This document shows positions 1 through 9,010 of a stretch of DNA of 55,570 bases, in pieces. The stretch's first letter is position 1; every line of letters starts with the position of its first letter. This stretch comes from an uncultured Candidatus Actinomarina sp. (GTDB lineage: Bacteria > Actinomycetota > Acidimicrobiia > Actinomarinales > Actinomarinaceae). The DNA is taken from NCBI GenBank assembly GCA_902576605.1, contig CACGVI010000004.1:1-55570 (forward strand), read 5' to 3'. A program made the position numbers and the translations under genes. The notes under the pieces were generated by a model. That model did not search any database and was not told the origin of the DNA. It saw nothing but the letters and a program-made list of their open reading frames with translations.

Positions 1-207
1 TACGAGCTGACCGGAATCATCATGAGTATGAAAACCCTCACAACCTAGATCTTCTGCTCTTTTTATTGCTTCTTCTCTTTCTGCCTCTTCGTCATATAAT
101 TCTTCAAAATCTTCTTCATTATAATTATCTGAATTTGAGTCTTGATTTGCTGATTCTGAACCGCAGGCAATCAACAATATGAGTAATAGAATAAATTTAT
201 ATTTCAT
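1..207 (-). CDS. Lipoprotein with DUF3721-like motif (runs off the window at its 3' end)
   Basis: Manual translation MKYKFILLLILLIACGSES...EREEAIKRAEDLGCEGFHTHDDSGQLV. Lipobox LIAC; the A-x-x-LGC-x-G-x-H segment resembles DUF3721. Not in the ORF track. Confidence 0.65.
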   Translation of the reverse strand, partial: MKYKFILLLILLIACGSESANQDSNSDNYNEEDFEELYDEEAEREEAIKRAEDLGCEGFHTHDDSGQLV

Positions 208-361
208 TAGATTATGATACATATCATATTTGAAATTTAACTATATGTAATAAATATTTTCATTAAAGCCATATGATTTAAACCTGTTACTTCTTCCTTG
301 TAAGGGAAGCGTTCATTAAACAAATTAATTAATATAAATATAGAAATTAAAAGGAGTCAAA

Positions 362-736
362 ATGGAGTTACATAAAGACAGTAAGTCACTAAGAGTTATT
401 ATTGATGTGAGTTATACATCACACGATGAATTTATAGATTTTATCGAAAATGAGCAGTGTCAATTTATTGATAGCCTGAACGTAGATGGTCTTAAAAAGT
501 TTGAATGGTATGTTAATGAGGAAACAAATACCGCTACATTAATCGAAGAATTTGATAATGCTGATAGTTTTAAAGAAATCGCAACTAAAGCAATAGGAAC
601 ACCAGTTAATTTAAAATTTCGTGAAATTACAACCTTTGAAAATATGACAATTTTAGGTGATGTATCTGATGAAATGAAAGAAAACTTAGCTGCTATGGGT
701 CCAAATTTCAGAACTTTTAAAGCAGGATTAAATTAA
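362..736 (+). CDS. Hypothetical protein, possibly dimeric alpha-beta barrel (ABM-like)
   Basis: 124 aa ORF with AAGGAG Shine-Dalgarno; FEWYVNE...LIEEF pattern resembles ABM-like proteins. Confidence 0.5.
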   Translation: MELHKDSKSLRVIIDVSYTSHDEFIDFIENEQCQFIDSLNVDGLKKFEWYVNEETNTATLIEEFDNADSFKEIATKAIGTPVNLKFREITTFENMTILGDVSDEMKENLAAMGPNFRTFKAGLN

Positions 737-747
737 TTAAATAATTT

Positions 748-1155
748 ATGAAACCAAAACAAAGAAGATCTATTGGTTTAATAATAAGAAGAATTATTGC
801 AGTTTTTATACTCTTATCAACAATCTCAGGAGTAGTAGATGCAGTTGTAACAAATTCATTTAATGATGATGTAATTGGAGGTGTATTTGTTAGCTTGTTA
901 ATAATATATTATCTTGGTCGCTCCCCTAGAAAAAATAACACAAATGCTGATTCAGAAATTGAAAACAACAATAGAGATGAAATTGATATTGATTTTGAAA
1001 TGGAAGAATTGGATGAAGAGTTTGACGAATCCCTAGAAGACTCTGAACAAATTCAAACTAATTATAAGTCACCAAGGGTAAACAAACCTAATCCTGTAAT
1101 AGACAAACAAAGTTTTTTATCAAGACTTTTTCAGGGAAGGACAGATAGGTACTAA
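748..1155 (+). CDS. Hypothetical membrane protein (2 TM plus acidic tail)
   Basis: Two hydrophobic N-terminal segments followed by a D/E-rich region. Confidence 0.55.
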   Translation: MKPKQRRSIGLIIRRIIAVFILLSTISGVVDAVVTNSFNDDVIGGVFVSLLIIYYLGRSPRKNNTNADSEIENNNRDEIDIDFEMEELDEEFDESLEDSEQIQTNYKSPRVNKPNPVIDKQSFLSRLFQGRTDRY

Positions 1156-1722
1156 TTATTTTATAAATTTGTCTTCAATCTGGTCATATACTTTATTTTC
1201 AATAGTTTCCAATGATACAATAATTCTTGAATCATTTTTTTTACTTTCTTGCCATAAAGGAACCATCGCATTCCAAACTCCTTCTCCCTTATACCGTGAA
1301 TATAGCGATGCAACTATATGTACACCAATCGTTATATAACTTAGAAAAGCTGATAATTCATGGAGAGCAATAGCTAATGTCATTCCTGGAAGCCCTGCAT
1401 TCAAGATACCAGCTATTAACAATCCTGTAGTTGGTAACATTATCAAACTAAAGTAGACAAGCCTGTGTGTTGCTTTTGCGATGAATAAATGACCTTTGTG
1501 CATCTCTTCATGAGCACCAAGTAACGTTTTTGCATCTTTCATGTAGAAGAATCGAAGCATAACAATGACTAAAAAAACTATAGCGAAGAATATTTCAAAA
1601 TTTAAAAGAGAAGCGTCTTCTAATTCTTCTAAATCTTCTACTTGTTTAAATATTCCATAAGCGTAGAGAATTGAGAAAGTCCAATGTATTGTTTTAGCTA
1701 ATCGTGTATGCGAATTTTCCAT
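1156..1722 (-). CDS. Cytochrome b561-like membrane protein
   Basis: Four TM helices with heme-ligand-like His residues (IHW, THR, LHE, GVH). Confidence 0.75.
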   Translation of the reverse strand: MENSHTRLAKTIHWTFSILYAYGIFKQVEDLEELEDASLLNFEIFFAIVFLVIVMLRFFYMKDAKTLLGAHEEMHKGHLFIAKATHRLVYFSLIMLPTTGLLIAGILNAGLPGMTLAIALHELSAFLSYITIGVHIVASLYSRYKGEGVWNAMVPLWQESKKNDSRIIVSLETIENKVYDQIEDKFIK

Positions 1723-1765
1723 TAAATAAATAATACATTTCCTAAGTAAAAATTAAAGTATAGAT

Positions 1766-3112
1766 ATGGATATTTATTTTGATTTACTACTACATTCAAT
1801 TGGTTTCGCTTTGATATTTAGAACTCGAATTCCATTTCAAATTGTAAATTTTGCATTGATTATATTCTATATCTCATCAACTATCCAGTTAGTAATTGTT
1901 GGCTACAAGTGGCAATATGTACCACTTTATTTAATTATTTTTATTGTTACGACTATGCATTTCTTCAATATGGAGAGTAAATATAAAATTACAAAAGTTG
2001 TTTATTATTTTTTGATGTTTTTAATTATTGGGATTAGTGCAACACTTGTTTATATTCTTCCAATACCAAAATTTGAGATTGAAAATAAACAGTATTCAGT
2101 TGGGTATGAAGAATTTCATGTTGTAGTTTCGGACAGAGAACAACCTAAAGCGTTTTATGAGCTTAGTAATTTAACAACTGAAAGTAATAGGGAGTTGCTA
2201 GTAGACGTTTATTACCCTAGTAGTGACAAAACAGAAGCTTCCCAGCTTTTTAAAGATGTTGATACAAATTGGGGTAAAACAGTAATTAGATATTTAAACC
2301 GAACTTGGGGTATATCACTTCCTGAGTTTCTATTAAGTCATTTAAATTTGTCGTATTTAGACATTGGTACAAATTTAGAAAGACTAGATATTAAATCTCC
2401 TGTAGTTATATATACTCACGGTTGGTCAGGTGAGAAAATTTTTGCAACAGACCAGTTAATTACCATTGCTTCACAAGGATATGTCGTCGTTGCTCTAGAC
2501 CATACAGGATTAGCTATGTTCACAGAATTACCAACCGGAACAATATACAATTCTGGATCAACAGAGGATTCTTCGAAAGTTTATGATGTTATGTATGAAA
2601 TGTCATTAGATATTGAAAACACAATAAATTATCTAGAGAATAAAAATTACCACGCTGATTTCTCAGATATAAGCCTAATAGGACATTCTACCGGTGGTGG
2701 TTCAGCGCATCTGTATTGCTCACGAAATGATTGTAATTCTTTAATACTTCAAGACCCATTTTTTGTTCCATTATTAGAAGAAGTTGGAACAATAGATTTA
2801 GTAACTGATTCATACTTTATTTACAGTGAAGATTGGTACAACGGATATGAAGATATTAATGATCTAAATGAAATTGAAGTCTATAGAAGTTATGTTAAGA
2901 ATAAAAACTTTGCTCAAGGATTTTATATGACCCAGTCAGCTCATTATGATTTTATAGCTTTCGGTGCAATAAGCCCCCTAGCTAAATACACTTTTCTTAA
3001 AGGAAGAATTGATTATAAAGATTCACTAAAAGCAAATAATAGATTTAATTTAGAAAGTTTAGCGTCAAAAAAGATTACAACTGACAAAATAGTTTATGAT
3101 ATTAAAGAATAA
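1766..3112 (+). CDS. Membrane-anchored alpha/beta hydrolase (PAF-acetylhydrolase-like)
   Basis: N-terminal TMs; PVVIYTHG, GYVVVALDH, nucleophile elbow GHSTGG, C-terminal SAHYDF. Confidence 0.8.
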   Translation: MDIYFDLLLHSIGFALIFRTRIPFQIVNFALIIFYISSTIQLVIVGYKWQYVPLYLIIFIVTTMHFFNMESKYKITKVVYYFLMFLIIGISATLVYILPIPKFEIENKQYSVGYEEFHVVVSDREQPKAFYELSNLTTESNRELLVDVYYPSSDKTEASQLFKDVDTNWGKTVIRYLNRTWGISLPEFLLSHLNLSYLDIGTNLERLDIKSPVVIYTHGWSGEKIFATDQLITIASQGYVVVALDHTGLAMFTELPTGTIYNSGSTEDSSKVYDVMYEMSLDIENTINYLENKNYHADFSDISLIGHSTGGGSAHLYCSRNDCNSLILQDPFFVPLLEEVGTIDLVTDSYFIYSEDWYNGYEDINDLNEIEVYRSYVKNKNFAQGFYMTQSAHYDFIAFGAISPLAKYTFLKGRIDYKDSLKANNRFNLESLASKKITTDKIVYDIKE

Positions 3113-3389
3113 TATATTTCAAGATATTCAAGGCACTGATTTTCAAATATCAGTGTGGAAAGAGATTGCAAAAATTCCATATGGTGAAACTCGTACATAC
3201 AAGGATCTAGCCAATGCAATAGGAAAACCTAATAGTTCTCGAGCAGTAGCGAATGCCTGTGGTAAAAATCCTTATCCTTTAACAATTCCATGTCATAGAG
3301 TTATACGCAGTGACGGAAAAATAGGCGGATACAGTGGTGAGGGTGGAATAAAAACTAAAAAGAAGCTTCTTAAACAAGAACAAGAATAA
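3096..3389 (+). CDS. ogt: Methylated-DNA--protein-cysteine methyltransferase (compact, DNA-binding/catalytic domain only)
   Basis: IPYGETRTY, RAVANAC and the active-site IPCHRV motif. Confidence 0.92.
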   Translation: MILKNNIFQDIQGTDFQISVWKEIAKIPYGETRTYKDLANAIGKPNSSRAVANACGKNPYPLTIPCHRVIRSDGKIGGYSGEGGIKTKKKLLKQEQE

Positions 3390-3503
3390 TTATTTTCTTT
3401 TACCCGTTCTGTTTGTTCTCCAATCCAGTCTCCCCCTCCGTTTTAACATATGTTTTTTCTTACGGGCCTGACGTCGGGCTTCTGTAATTTCTTTATCTGC
3501 CAT
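3390..3503 (-). CDS. Small very basic protein (37 aa)
   Basis: Manual translation MADKEITEARRQARKKKHMLKRRGRLDWRTNRTGKRK; fills the gap exactly and its stop abuts the ogt stop. Confidence 0.65.
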   Translation of the reverse strand: MADKEITEARRQARKKKHMLKRRGRLDWRTNRTGKRK

Positions 3504-3553
3504 AATTTATATTTGAATAATAATCTAATTAAAACAAAATGTTACATTGTTAT

Positions 3554-4135
3554 ATGCCATTATTAATTCGTAGATATATTCAAGCCGTCACCGGAATAAC
3601 AATGATTGGTATTGGTGTTGCATTTAATTATATGGCAAATCTTGGTTTAGGTCCTTGGGGTGTATTGCATGATGGTATATCTAAAACCATTAATATAACA
3701 TATGGTCAAGCTGGTATATTAACATCACTTATTGCCCTACTGTTATGGATTCCACTAAAGCAAAAACCTGGAATAGCAACAATCTTTGATGCATTCTGGA
3801 TAGGTTTAACAGCAGATTTTATTATTAGTATTCTTCCAGATCCTCAGACACTACTTACACAAATAGCCTATCTAGTAACTGGAATAACATTAATAGGTTT
3901 AGGAACTGCAGTATATGTTGGAGGAGACTTGGGTGCTGGCCCAAGAGATGGCATTATGGTTGGTTTAGAAAGACTTGGTCTAAAAATTGGAAATGCAAGA
4001 ACATTATTAGAATTTGTCGCATTTTCAATTGGTTTTCTTTTAGGTGGCAAAATTGGTATTGCCTCGATAATTATTGTTTTATCAATAGGTAGAGTTCTTC
4101 AAGTGTTCATGCCATTTTTTGATTTGAGAAAATAA
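3554..4135 (+). CDS. YczE/YyaS/YitT family membrane protein
   Basis: LGLGPWGVLHDG and LGAGPRDG repeats typical of the family. Start placed at ATG 3554 behind TACATT; the track gives 3539. Confidence 0.85.
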   Translation: MPLLIRRYIQAVTGITMIGIGVAFNYMANLGLGPWGVLHDGISKTINITYGQAGILTSLIALLLWIPLKQKPGIATIFDAFWIGLTADFIISILPDPQTLLTQIAYLVTGITLIGLGTAVYVGGDLGAGPRDGIMVGLERLGLKIGNARTLLEFVAFSIGFLLGGKIGIASIIIVLSIGRVLQVFMPFFDLRK

Positions 4136-4183
4136 TCAAAAATACATTAATCATTATTTTTTTCAATAGTTTATTCTGTTATT

Positions 4184-4235
4184 AGGTAATAAGCCTGTTA
4201 CCTCAAAAAAGAGTTCAGGAAACTGGACTCTTTTT
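4184..4235 (+). ncRNA. Candidate 52-nt two-hairpin small RNA
   Basis: TATTCT -10 at 4172-4177, 6-nt spacer, then hairpin AGGTAAT/GTTACCT from 4184 followed by the terminator. No known family recognised. Confidence 0.3.
4205..4235 (+). terminator. Intrinsic terminator (GAGTTCAG-GAAA-CTGGACTC then TTTTT, with a 5' A-tract)
   Basis: 8-bp stem with one G-U pair, GNRA loop, U-run at 4231-4235. Confidence 0.8.
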
Positions 4236-4281
4236 CCATTTAATCTACTTTGAACAGTGCGATATGAAAATATGACATACT

Positions 4282-4365
4282 TTGAGCCACAAAAGACTAA
4301 AGAAAGTATTTTGGCTTATAATTATTTCTTTAGCTATAAGAAATTTTGTTTTTAACCAGATGTAA
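4282..4365 (+). CDS. Possible small membrane peptide (27 aa, TTG start)
   Basis: MSHKRLKKVFWLIIISLAIRNFVFNQM: basic N-terminus followed by a hydrophobic stretch. Confidence 0.3.
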   Translation: MSHKRLKKVFWLIIISLAIRNFVFNQM

Positions 4366-4375
4366 AATATAAACT

Positions 4376-4456
4376 ATGGAACCCAAAAAAATATTATTAT
4401 TAGCGTTTGCTCTTTTAATCCCGATGTTTTTCGGTCTTTTATATTTGGTTTACTAA
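4376..4456 (+). CDS. Small membrane peptide (26 aa)
   Basis: MEPKKILLLAFALLIPMFFGLLYLVY: one TM, stop 3 nt before the aldo/keto reductase ATG. Confidence 0.5.
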   Translation: MEPKKILLLAFALLIPMFFGLLYLVY

Positions 4457-4459
4457 AAC

Positions 4460-5362
4460 ATGGACATGAATATTAACAACGTTGTACCACGTATTGGTCT
4501 TGGTACATACAATATGAGTTCTCAAGAAGCTGAAGATATATCTTACAAAGCCATTTATTACGGATACAGACATATTGATACAGCTGCTGTTTATAAAAAC
4601 GAAGATGGTGTTGGAAGGGCGTTAAAAAGGATATTTTCTGATACAGAACTCAAACGTGAAGATATAACCATATCTACAAAATTATGGCCTGGTGGTTTGG
4701 TCAAATTAGATAGAGTTAAAAACAAAGAAGGAACTGTTAAATCTCTTGAAAAAAGTCTCAGAAATTTAGACCAAGAATACGTTGATTTATACTTAATACA
4801 CTCTCCTCATGCTAAAGATAAAAGAATTGAACAGTGGGAGACGTTATTGTTTTTACAAGAAACCGGTAAGACAAAGAATGTTGGTGTTTCTAACTGGGGT
4901 ATAAACCATCTTGAAGAGCTTGTGAAAGAAGGTTTACCATTACCTTCAGCAAATCAGATCGAAATACATCCATGGTCCCAAAAACCGGAACTAGTTTCAT
5001 ATCTTAAAGATAAAGGTATTGATATTATTGCATATAGTAGTCTTGTGCCTCTTGCGACTTGGAGACATAAAGATGGTGAAAATAGTCTTAAAACTGATGA
5101 AATGTATAAGGATGGTGATGATTTAAATTCACCTTTTAAAATATTGGCTTCTAAATATCAAGTTACAGAAGCTCAAATACTTCTTAAATGGGCACTTCAA
5201 CTTGGATATGCAATATTACCCAAAAGCATACAAAAAGACCGTATGCAAGAAAATTTTGACCTTGATTTCACAATTGATAAAGAAGACATGAATTTAATCG
5301 AACAATTAGATCGTGGTGGAAGTGTCACATGGGAATATGGAGATCCACTTAAAGTAAAATAA
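4460..5362 (+). CDS. Aldo/keto reductase
   Basis: IGLGTY, GYRHIDTAAVYKNE, YVDLYLIHSP, IGVSN-like VGVSN, ANQIEIHP. Confidence 0.95.
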   Translation: MDMNINNVVPRIGLGTYNMSSQEAEDISYKAIYYGYRHIDTAAVYKNEDGVGRALKRIFSDTELKREDITISTKLWPGGLVKLDRVKNKEGTVKSLEKSLRNLDQEYVDLYLIHSPHAKDKRIEQWETLLFLQETGKTKNVGVSNWGINHLEELVKEGLPLPSANQIEIHPWSQKPELVSYLKDKGIDIIAYSSLVPLATWRHKDGENSLKTDEMYKDGDDLNSPFKILASKYQVTEAQILLKWALQLGYAILPKSIQKDRMQENFDLDFTIDKEDMNLIEQLDRGGSVTWEYGDPLKVK

Positions 5363-5415
5363 TTTAAAATAAGTAGTAATTTTTAATAAATATAAATACG
5401 CAATAAAGTTACTCC

Positions 5416-5859
5416 ATGAAGAAAATTAATTCTTTTAATGATTTGGATATTTTGATAACAAATTTTATGTCTCGTTGGGGTATTACATTATTGAGATATT
5501 CACTAGGAGTAATATACATATGGTTTGGTATTTTAAAACCCTTCGGTCTCAGCCCTGCTCAAGAATTAGTCGAAAATACTGTTTATTGGTTTGATAACCC
5601 ATCTGATTTTGTTCCTATTTTAGGTTGGTGGGAAGTATTAATTGGACTAACTATGTGCATAAAACCATTAATAAGAATTTCAATTGTTCTTCTATTCATA
5701 CAAATGCCAGGAACATTTTTACCTTTAATACTTTTTCCAGATGTATGTTTTACAACCTTTCCATTTGGATTAACGTTAGAGGGTCAATATATTGTTAAAA
5801 ATTTGATTATTATTTCTGCTGCACTAGTTGTAGGTTCGAGTGTAAGAGATGAAAGCTAG
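5416..5859 (+). CDS. DoxX/DUF417-like membrane protein
   Basis: LLRYSLGVIYIWFGILK and TLEGQYIVKNLII motifs. Confidence 0.8.
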   Translation: MKKINSFNDLDILITNFMSRWGITLLRYSLGVIYIWFGILKPFGLSPAQELVENTVYWFDNPSDFVPILGWWEVLIGLTMCIKPLIRISIVLLFIQMPGTFLPLILFPDVCFTTFPFGLTLEGQYIVKNLIIISAALVVGSSVRDES

Positions 5860-5867
5860 TTTCTAGA

Positions 5868-6068
5868 ATGATTTATATACTTATCATCGCAGCATTATTA
5901 ATTATCAACTTTACAAATATTATTTCAAAGTTAGAAAACAAGGAAAATAGAAGTAACTTTGACAACCTTATAATTGAAAATTACAAAGTAATTTTTGGTA
6001 TAGCATTTCTATTCTTTACAATATTGTTTTGGAGATATAGTTGCTTTTTTCTAGATTTTAATTGTTAA
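5868..6068 (+). CDS. Hypothetical small membrane protein
   Basis: 66 aa, two hydrophobic segments, co-oriented with the upstream genes. Confidence 0.45.
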   Translation: MIYILIIAALLIINFTNIISKLENKENRSNFDNLIIENYKVIFGIAFLFFTILFWRYSCFFLDFNC

Positions 6069-6076
6069 CTAATTAA

Positions 6077-7318
6077 TTACGAGTTTTCCCTATATATCAA
6101 TCTAGTTCCTCGCTTGTTTAAGAAAAAAGCAAATATCCACTCAATTGCAACAACAAATTTAGATTTATATCCAATAAGATAAACCAAGTGGATAAGACTC
6201 CAAAATAACCATGCTACAAAACCAGATATCTCGTATTTTCCAACTACACCTATTGCCTTAAAGCCACCAATAGTTGCCATTATGCCTTTGTCCATGTATT
6301 TAAATGGTTTCCGCTTATATTTAGGAACATCTTTTATGACATTTGATGCAACATATCTTCCCTGTTGTATAGCGACAGGAGCAATACCTGGAAGTGGATT
6401 ACCCTTTGAGTTTTTAATGATTGCTGCATCACCGATGACAAAAATATTGTCATTATCTTTAATTGAACAATCTTGATTAATAACCGCCCTTCCCTCTGAG
6501 TCTGTTTCAGTATCCAGTTTTTCTATAAGGGAACTTGCCTTATTACCAGCTGCCCAAATTATATTATCTGATATTATTTCTCCCCTATTAGTGGTGACTA
6601 TCATCTCTTTAATATTTTCAACTTTTTCATCAGTTTTAACAGTCACACCAAGTTTTTCTAAGTAAACACGAGCTTTAAATGAAAGTTTTGAGCTAAATGC
6701 AGGAAGAATCCTACTTCCAGCTTCAATTAAGTAAACTCTGGAGTCTTTACTATTAAAGTTTCTAAATTCCTTATTTATATTTTTAAATGCAATTTCAGCT
6801 ATAGAGCCTGCTAGTTCAACACCTGTTGGACCACCACCAATTACTACAAAATTTAAGTATCTTTGCCTTATACCTTTATCAATTTCATTTTCAGCTTTTT
6901 CGAAAGCTTTAAGAATTTTGTCCCTAATGTCTAATGCATCATTAATGTTTTTAAGACCATTTGAGTATGCTCCCCATTCATCATTACCAAAATATGAATA
7001 GCTTGCTCCAGTACTAATTATTAATTTATCATAATCTATCTCATCACCATTTTTTAAGATTACTTTCTTACTGTCTCTTCTTATATCTACTACTTCGCCT
7101 AATTTTATCGTTACGTTTTTATCATCTTTAAATAAATTTCTTATTGGAACTGTTATATCAGCTGGTGATAAAACCGCAGTGGCAACTTGATATAAAAGAG
7201 GTTGAAATAAATGATGATTAGTTTTATCAATTAAAGTGAATTTGTTATTACTTTTGCGCGCTTTTTTTAAAAAACTTAGCCCACCAAAACCACCGCCGAT
7301 AATAACAATATGCTCCAT
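6077..7318 (-). CDS. ndh: Type II NADH dehydrogenase
   Basis: Two Rossmann motifs (IGGGFGG, IGGGPTGVELAG), HLFQPLLYQVATA, FVIGD, C-terminal WLFWSLIHL. Confidence 0.92.
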   Translation of the reverse strand: MEHIVIIGGGFGGLSFLKKARKSNNKFTLIDKTNHHLFQPLLYQVATAVLSPADITVPIRNLFKDDKNVTIKLGEVVDIRRDSKKVILKNGDEIDYDKLIISTGASYSYFGNDEWGAYSNGLKNINDALDIRDKILKAFEKAENEIDKGIRQRYLNFVVIGGGPTGVELAGSIAEIAFKNINKEFRNFNSKDSRVYLIEAGSRILPAFSSKLSFKARVYLEKLGVTVKTDEKVENIKEMIVTTNRGEIISDNIIWAAGNKASSLIEKLDTETDSEGRAVINQDCSIKDNDNIFVIGDAAIIKNSKGNPLPGIAPVAIQQGRYVASNVIKDVPKYKRKPFKYMDKGIMATIGGFKAIGVVGKYEISGFVAWLFWSLIHLVYLIGYKSKFVVAIEWIFAFFLNKRGTRLIYRENS

Positions 7319-7321
7319 AAG

Positions 7322-7921
7322 TTAATCGAATCTGGTTGGCACTAAAATAGTTACAAAATGCGTATATGAACCCATCTTTACTTCAAATTTAACTTCTTTT
7401 TTAACTTTCTCTAATACCTCACTCATGATTGTGTAAACAAAATAGAAATTTTTGGGCATAATATCTACTGCTTGAGCACGAAAAATGCCTGTTGAACATA
7501 ATTTATAATGATTAGCGTCTCTTTCAAGTCTGAAGTGAATTTCACGTAAGCATTTAGCTTCATCCGTATCATCGTGGAACCACCATTGATTGTTCATCAT
7601 CACAACAGCACGTTTAGTATCAGGAAATTTTACTAAAGAATCAACTACATTGTTTATTTTTTGTTCCATTTCAGAAGAGTAATCTCCCTGAGAGCCTCCC
7701 CTGTATTCTGTTTCAAATAATTCTTTTTCTTTTTCTGTTACTTCTAAACCACAATTTTTTTTTGCATAATATCGCAATGAATCAATATCGAAAAGATCTG
7801 TTTCAATAATTGCATTCTCTTCATCAAAATATTCTATTTTTCCAACAAAATCATTTATTGGTGATAAGGTGTTCGAGTGTTCAAACATTTCCTTTGCACT
7901 TTTGTATATAGAGATGCTCAT
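7322..7921 (-). CDS. Divergent thymidylate synthase (ThyA)-fold protein
   Basis: INNVVDSLVKFPDTKRAVV, KCLREIHFR (Cys nucleophile position), FRAQAVDIMPKN and GSYTHFV fall in ThyA motif order, but RSxD and HxY are altered. Confidence 0.7.
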   Translation of the reverse strand: MSISIYKSAKEMFEHSNTLSPINDFVGKIEYFDEENAIIETDLFDIDSLRYYAKKNCGLEVTEKEKELFETEYRGGSQGDYSSEMEQKINNVVDSLVKFPDTKRAVVMMNNQWWFHDDTDEAKCLREIHFRLERDANHYKLCSTGIFRAQAVDIMPKNFYFVYTIMSEVLEKVKKEVKFEVKMGSYTHFVTILVPTRFD

Positions 7922-7956
7922 ATCTAATTAAACCATATGAAACGTATATATGAGCA

Positions 7957-8055
7957 CTATAAATAACTGAGGACAATCGTTGTTAACTGCCAAGTAATAA
8001 AAAGTATTATTAATGCAGTTTTTATCGAAACTTTTTTGTTTTTAAAATTTTCCAT
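7957..8055 (-). CDS. Small membrane peptide (32 aa)
   Basis: Manual translation MENFKNKKVSIKTALIILFITWQLTTIVLSYL. Confidence 0.45.
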   Translation of the reverse strand: MENFKNKKVSIKTALIILFITWQLTTIVLSYL

Positions 8056-8067
8056 AGCTTTATTCAG

Positions 8068-8961
8068 TTATTTACCTGTTAATCTTAAGGCTCTTGTAGC
8101 AATTTCTCTAATATCTGACTCATATTTTTCTATCTTTGGAATGTCCATCGGGTTTATATCATATATTGCTTTAAGCCAAATTAAGGTACCAGTATCTATA
8201 GCAATATCACCAGCATGTCCTTTTTGATCAGTAAATATTGAAGTTCTTTTTGGCCCAATTAAAGTCTTTATGTCTTGTAACTTTCCTTTTTCGAACATTT
8301 TACGCAATTCATAAACTGCCATACCATGATAAAAAGTAAATACCTCTAAGTCGTTGAATTCTTTTGAGAGACTTTTTGCAAATTCTATATATGCTAAATA
8401 CCCCATATCAGTTATATATCTATGATCGTTTACATCTTTATAATTATTTGGAAAGTCGATCCATGGCATAGCAAGACCAAATTTTGTTTCCGTATTCTTA
8501 CTAAGTGCATAATCTATTATTTCTACTATTGCTTGATCACTTTGTCCTCGACTTTCAATCAATTCTTCAGAACAACATATTAAAATAACAACATCTACAT
8601 TTCCATCATCTAAATTTTTTTTAATTTCACTTTTAACAATTGGATTTTCCCACATTGCTTGTGGCACACCATTTTCACCTCCTCGAAATACTATTCGCTG
8701 ACTATGGTCTTCTATACCAGAAAACTCTGCAAGTTTTGTGAGATTTTGAGCAAATGGCATACCAAAGCTATGTCCTGCATATAACACCGTAAGGCCTTCA
8801 ATATCTACTGAATGTTTTACTGTTGTTGAGGTAATTTTCTTAGTAGAAGTTGTTGTTACATTTCTAACTTCGTTTGCTGCAGTATCTATAGCTACAGTTT
8901 CTTCACTAGAGCCACCACATGTAACTACTAAAAGTATTAAGAGTATTGATACTTTTTTCAC
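8068..8961 (-). CDS. Lipoprotein, SGNH hydrolase-like
   Basis: Lipobox VVTC, Thr-rich linker, VLYAGHSFG block-I-like motif, distal DQKGH; GTG start. Confidence 0.65.
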   Translation of the reverse strand: MKKVSILLILLVVTCGGSSEETVAIDTAANEVRNVTTTSTKKITSTTVKHSVDIEGLTVLYAGHSFGMPFAQNLTKLAEFSGIEDHSQRIVFRGGENGVPQAMWENPIVKSEIKKNLDDGNVDVVILICCSEELIESRGQSDQAIVEIIDYALSKNTETKFGLAMPWIDFPNNYKDVNDHRYITDMGYLAYIEFAKSLSKEFNDLEVFTFYHGMAVYELRKMFEKGKLQDIKTLIGPKRTSIFTDQKGHAGDIAIDTGTLIWLKAIYDINPMDIPKIEKYESDIREIATRALRLTGK

Positions 8962-9010
8962 ATTAATTATTTTAGTTTTCTGTCCCTGTGTCTGTCTTTG
9001 TTATATTAAT

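Noticed and set aside
281-310. AACCTG...AAGGGAAG resembling the 3' half of a TPP riboswitch, with a small hairpin
   Set aside because: The 5' CUGAGA and P2/P3 elements are absent and no thiamine gene follows.
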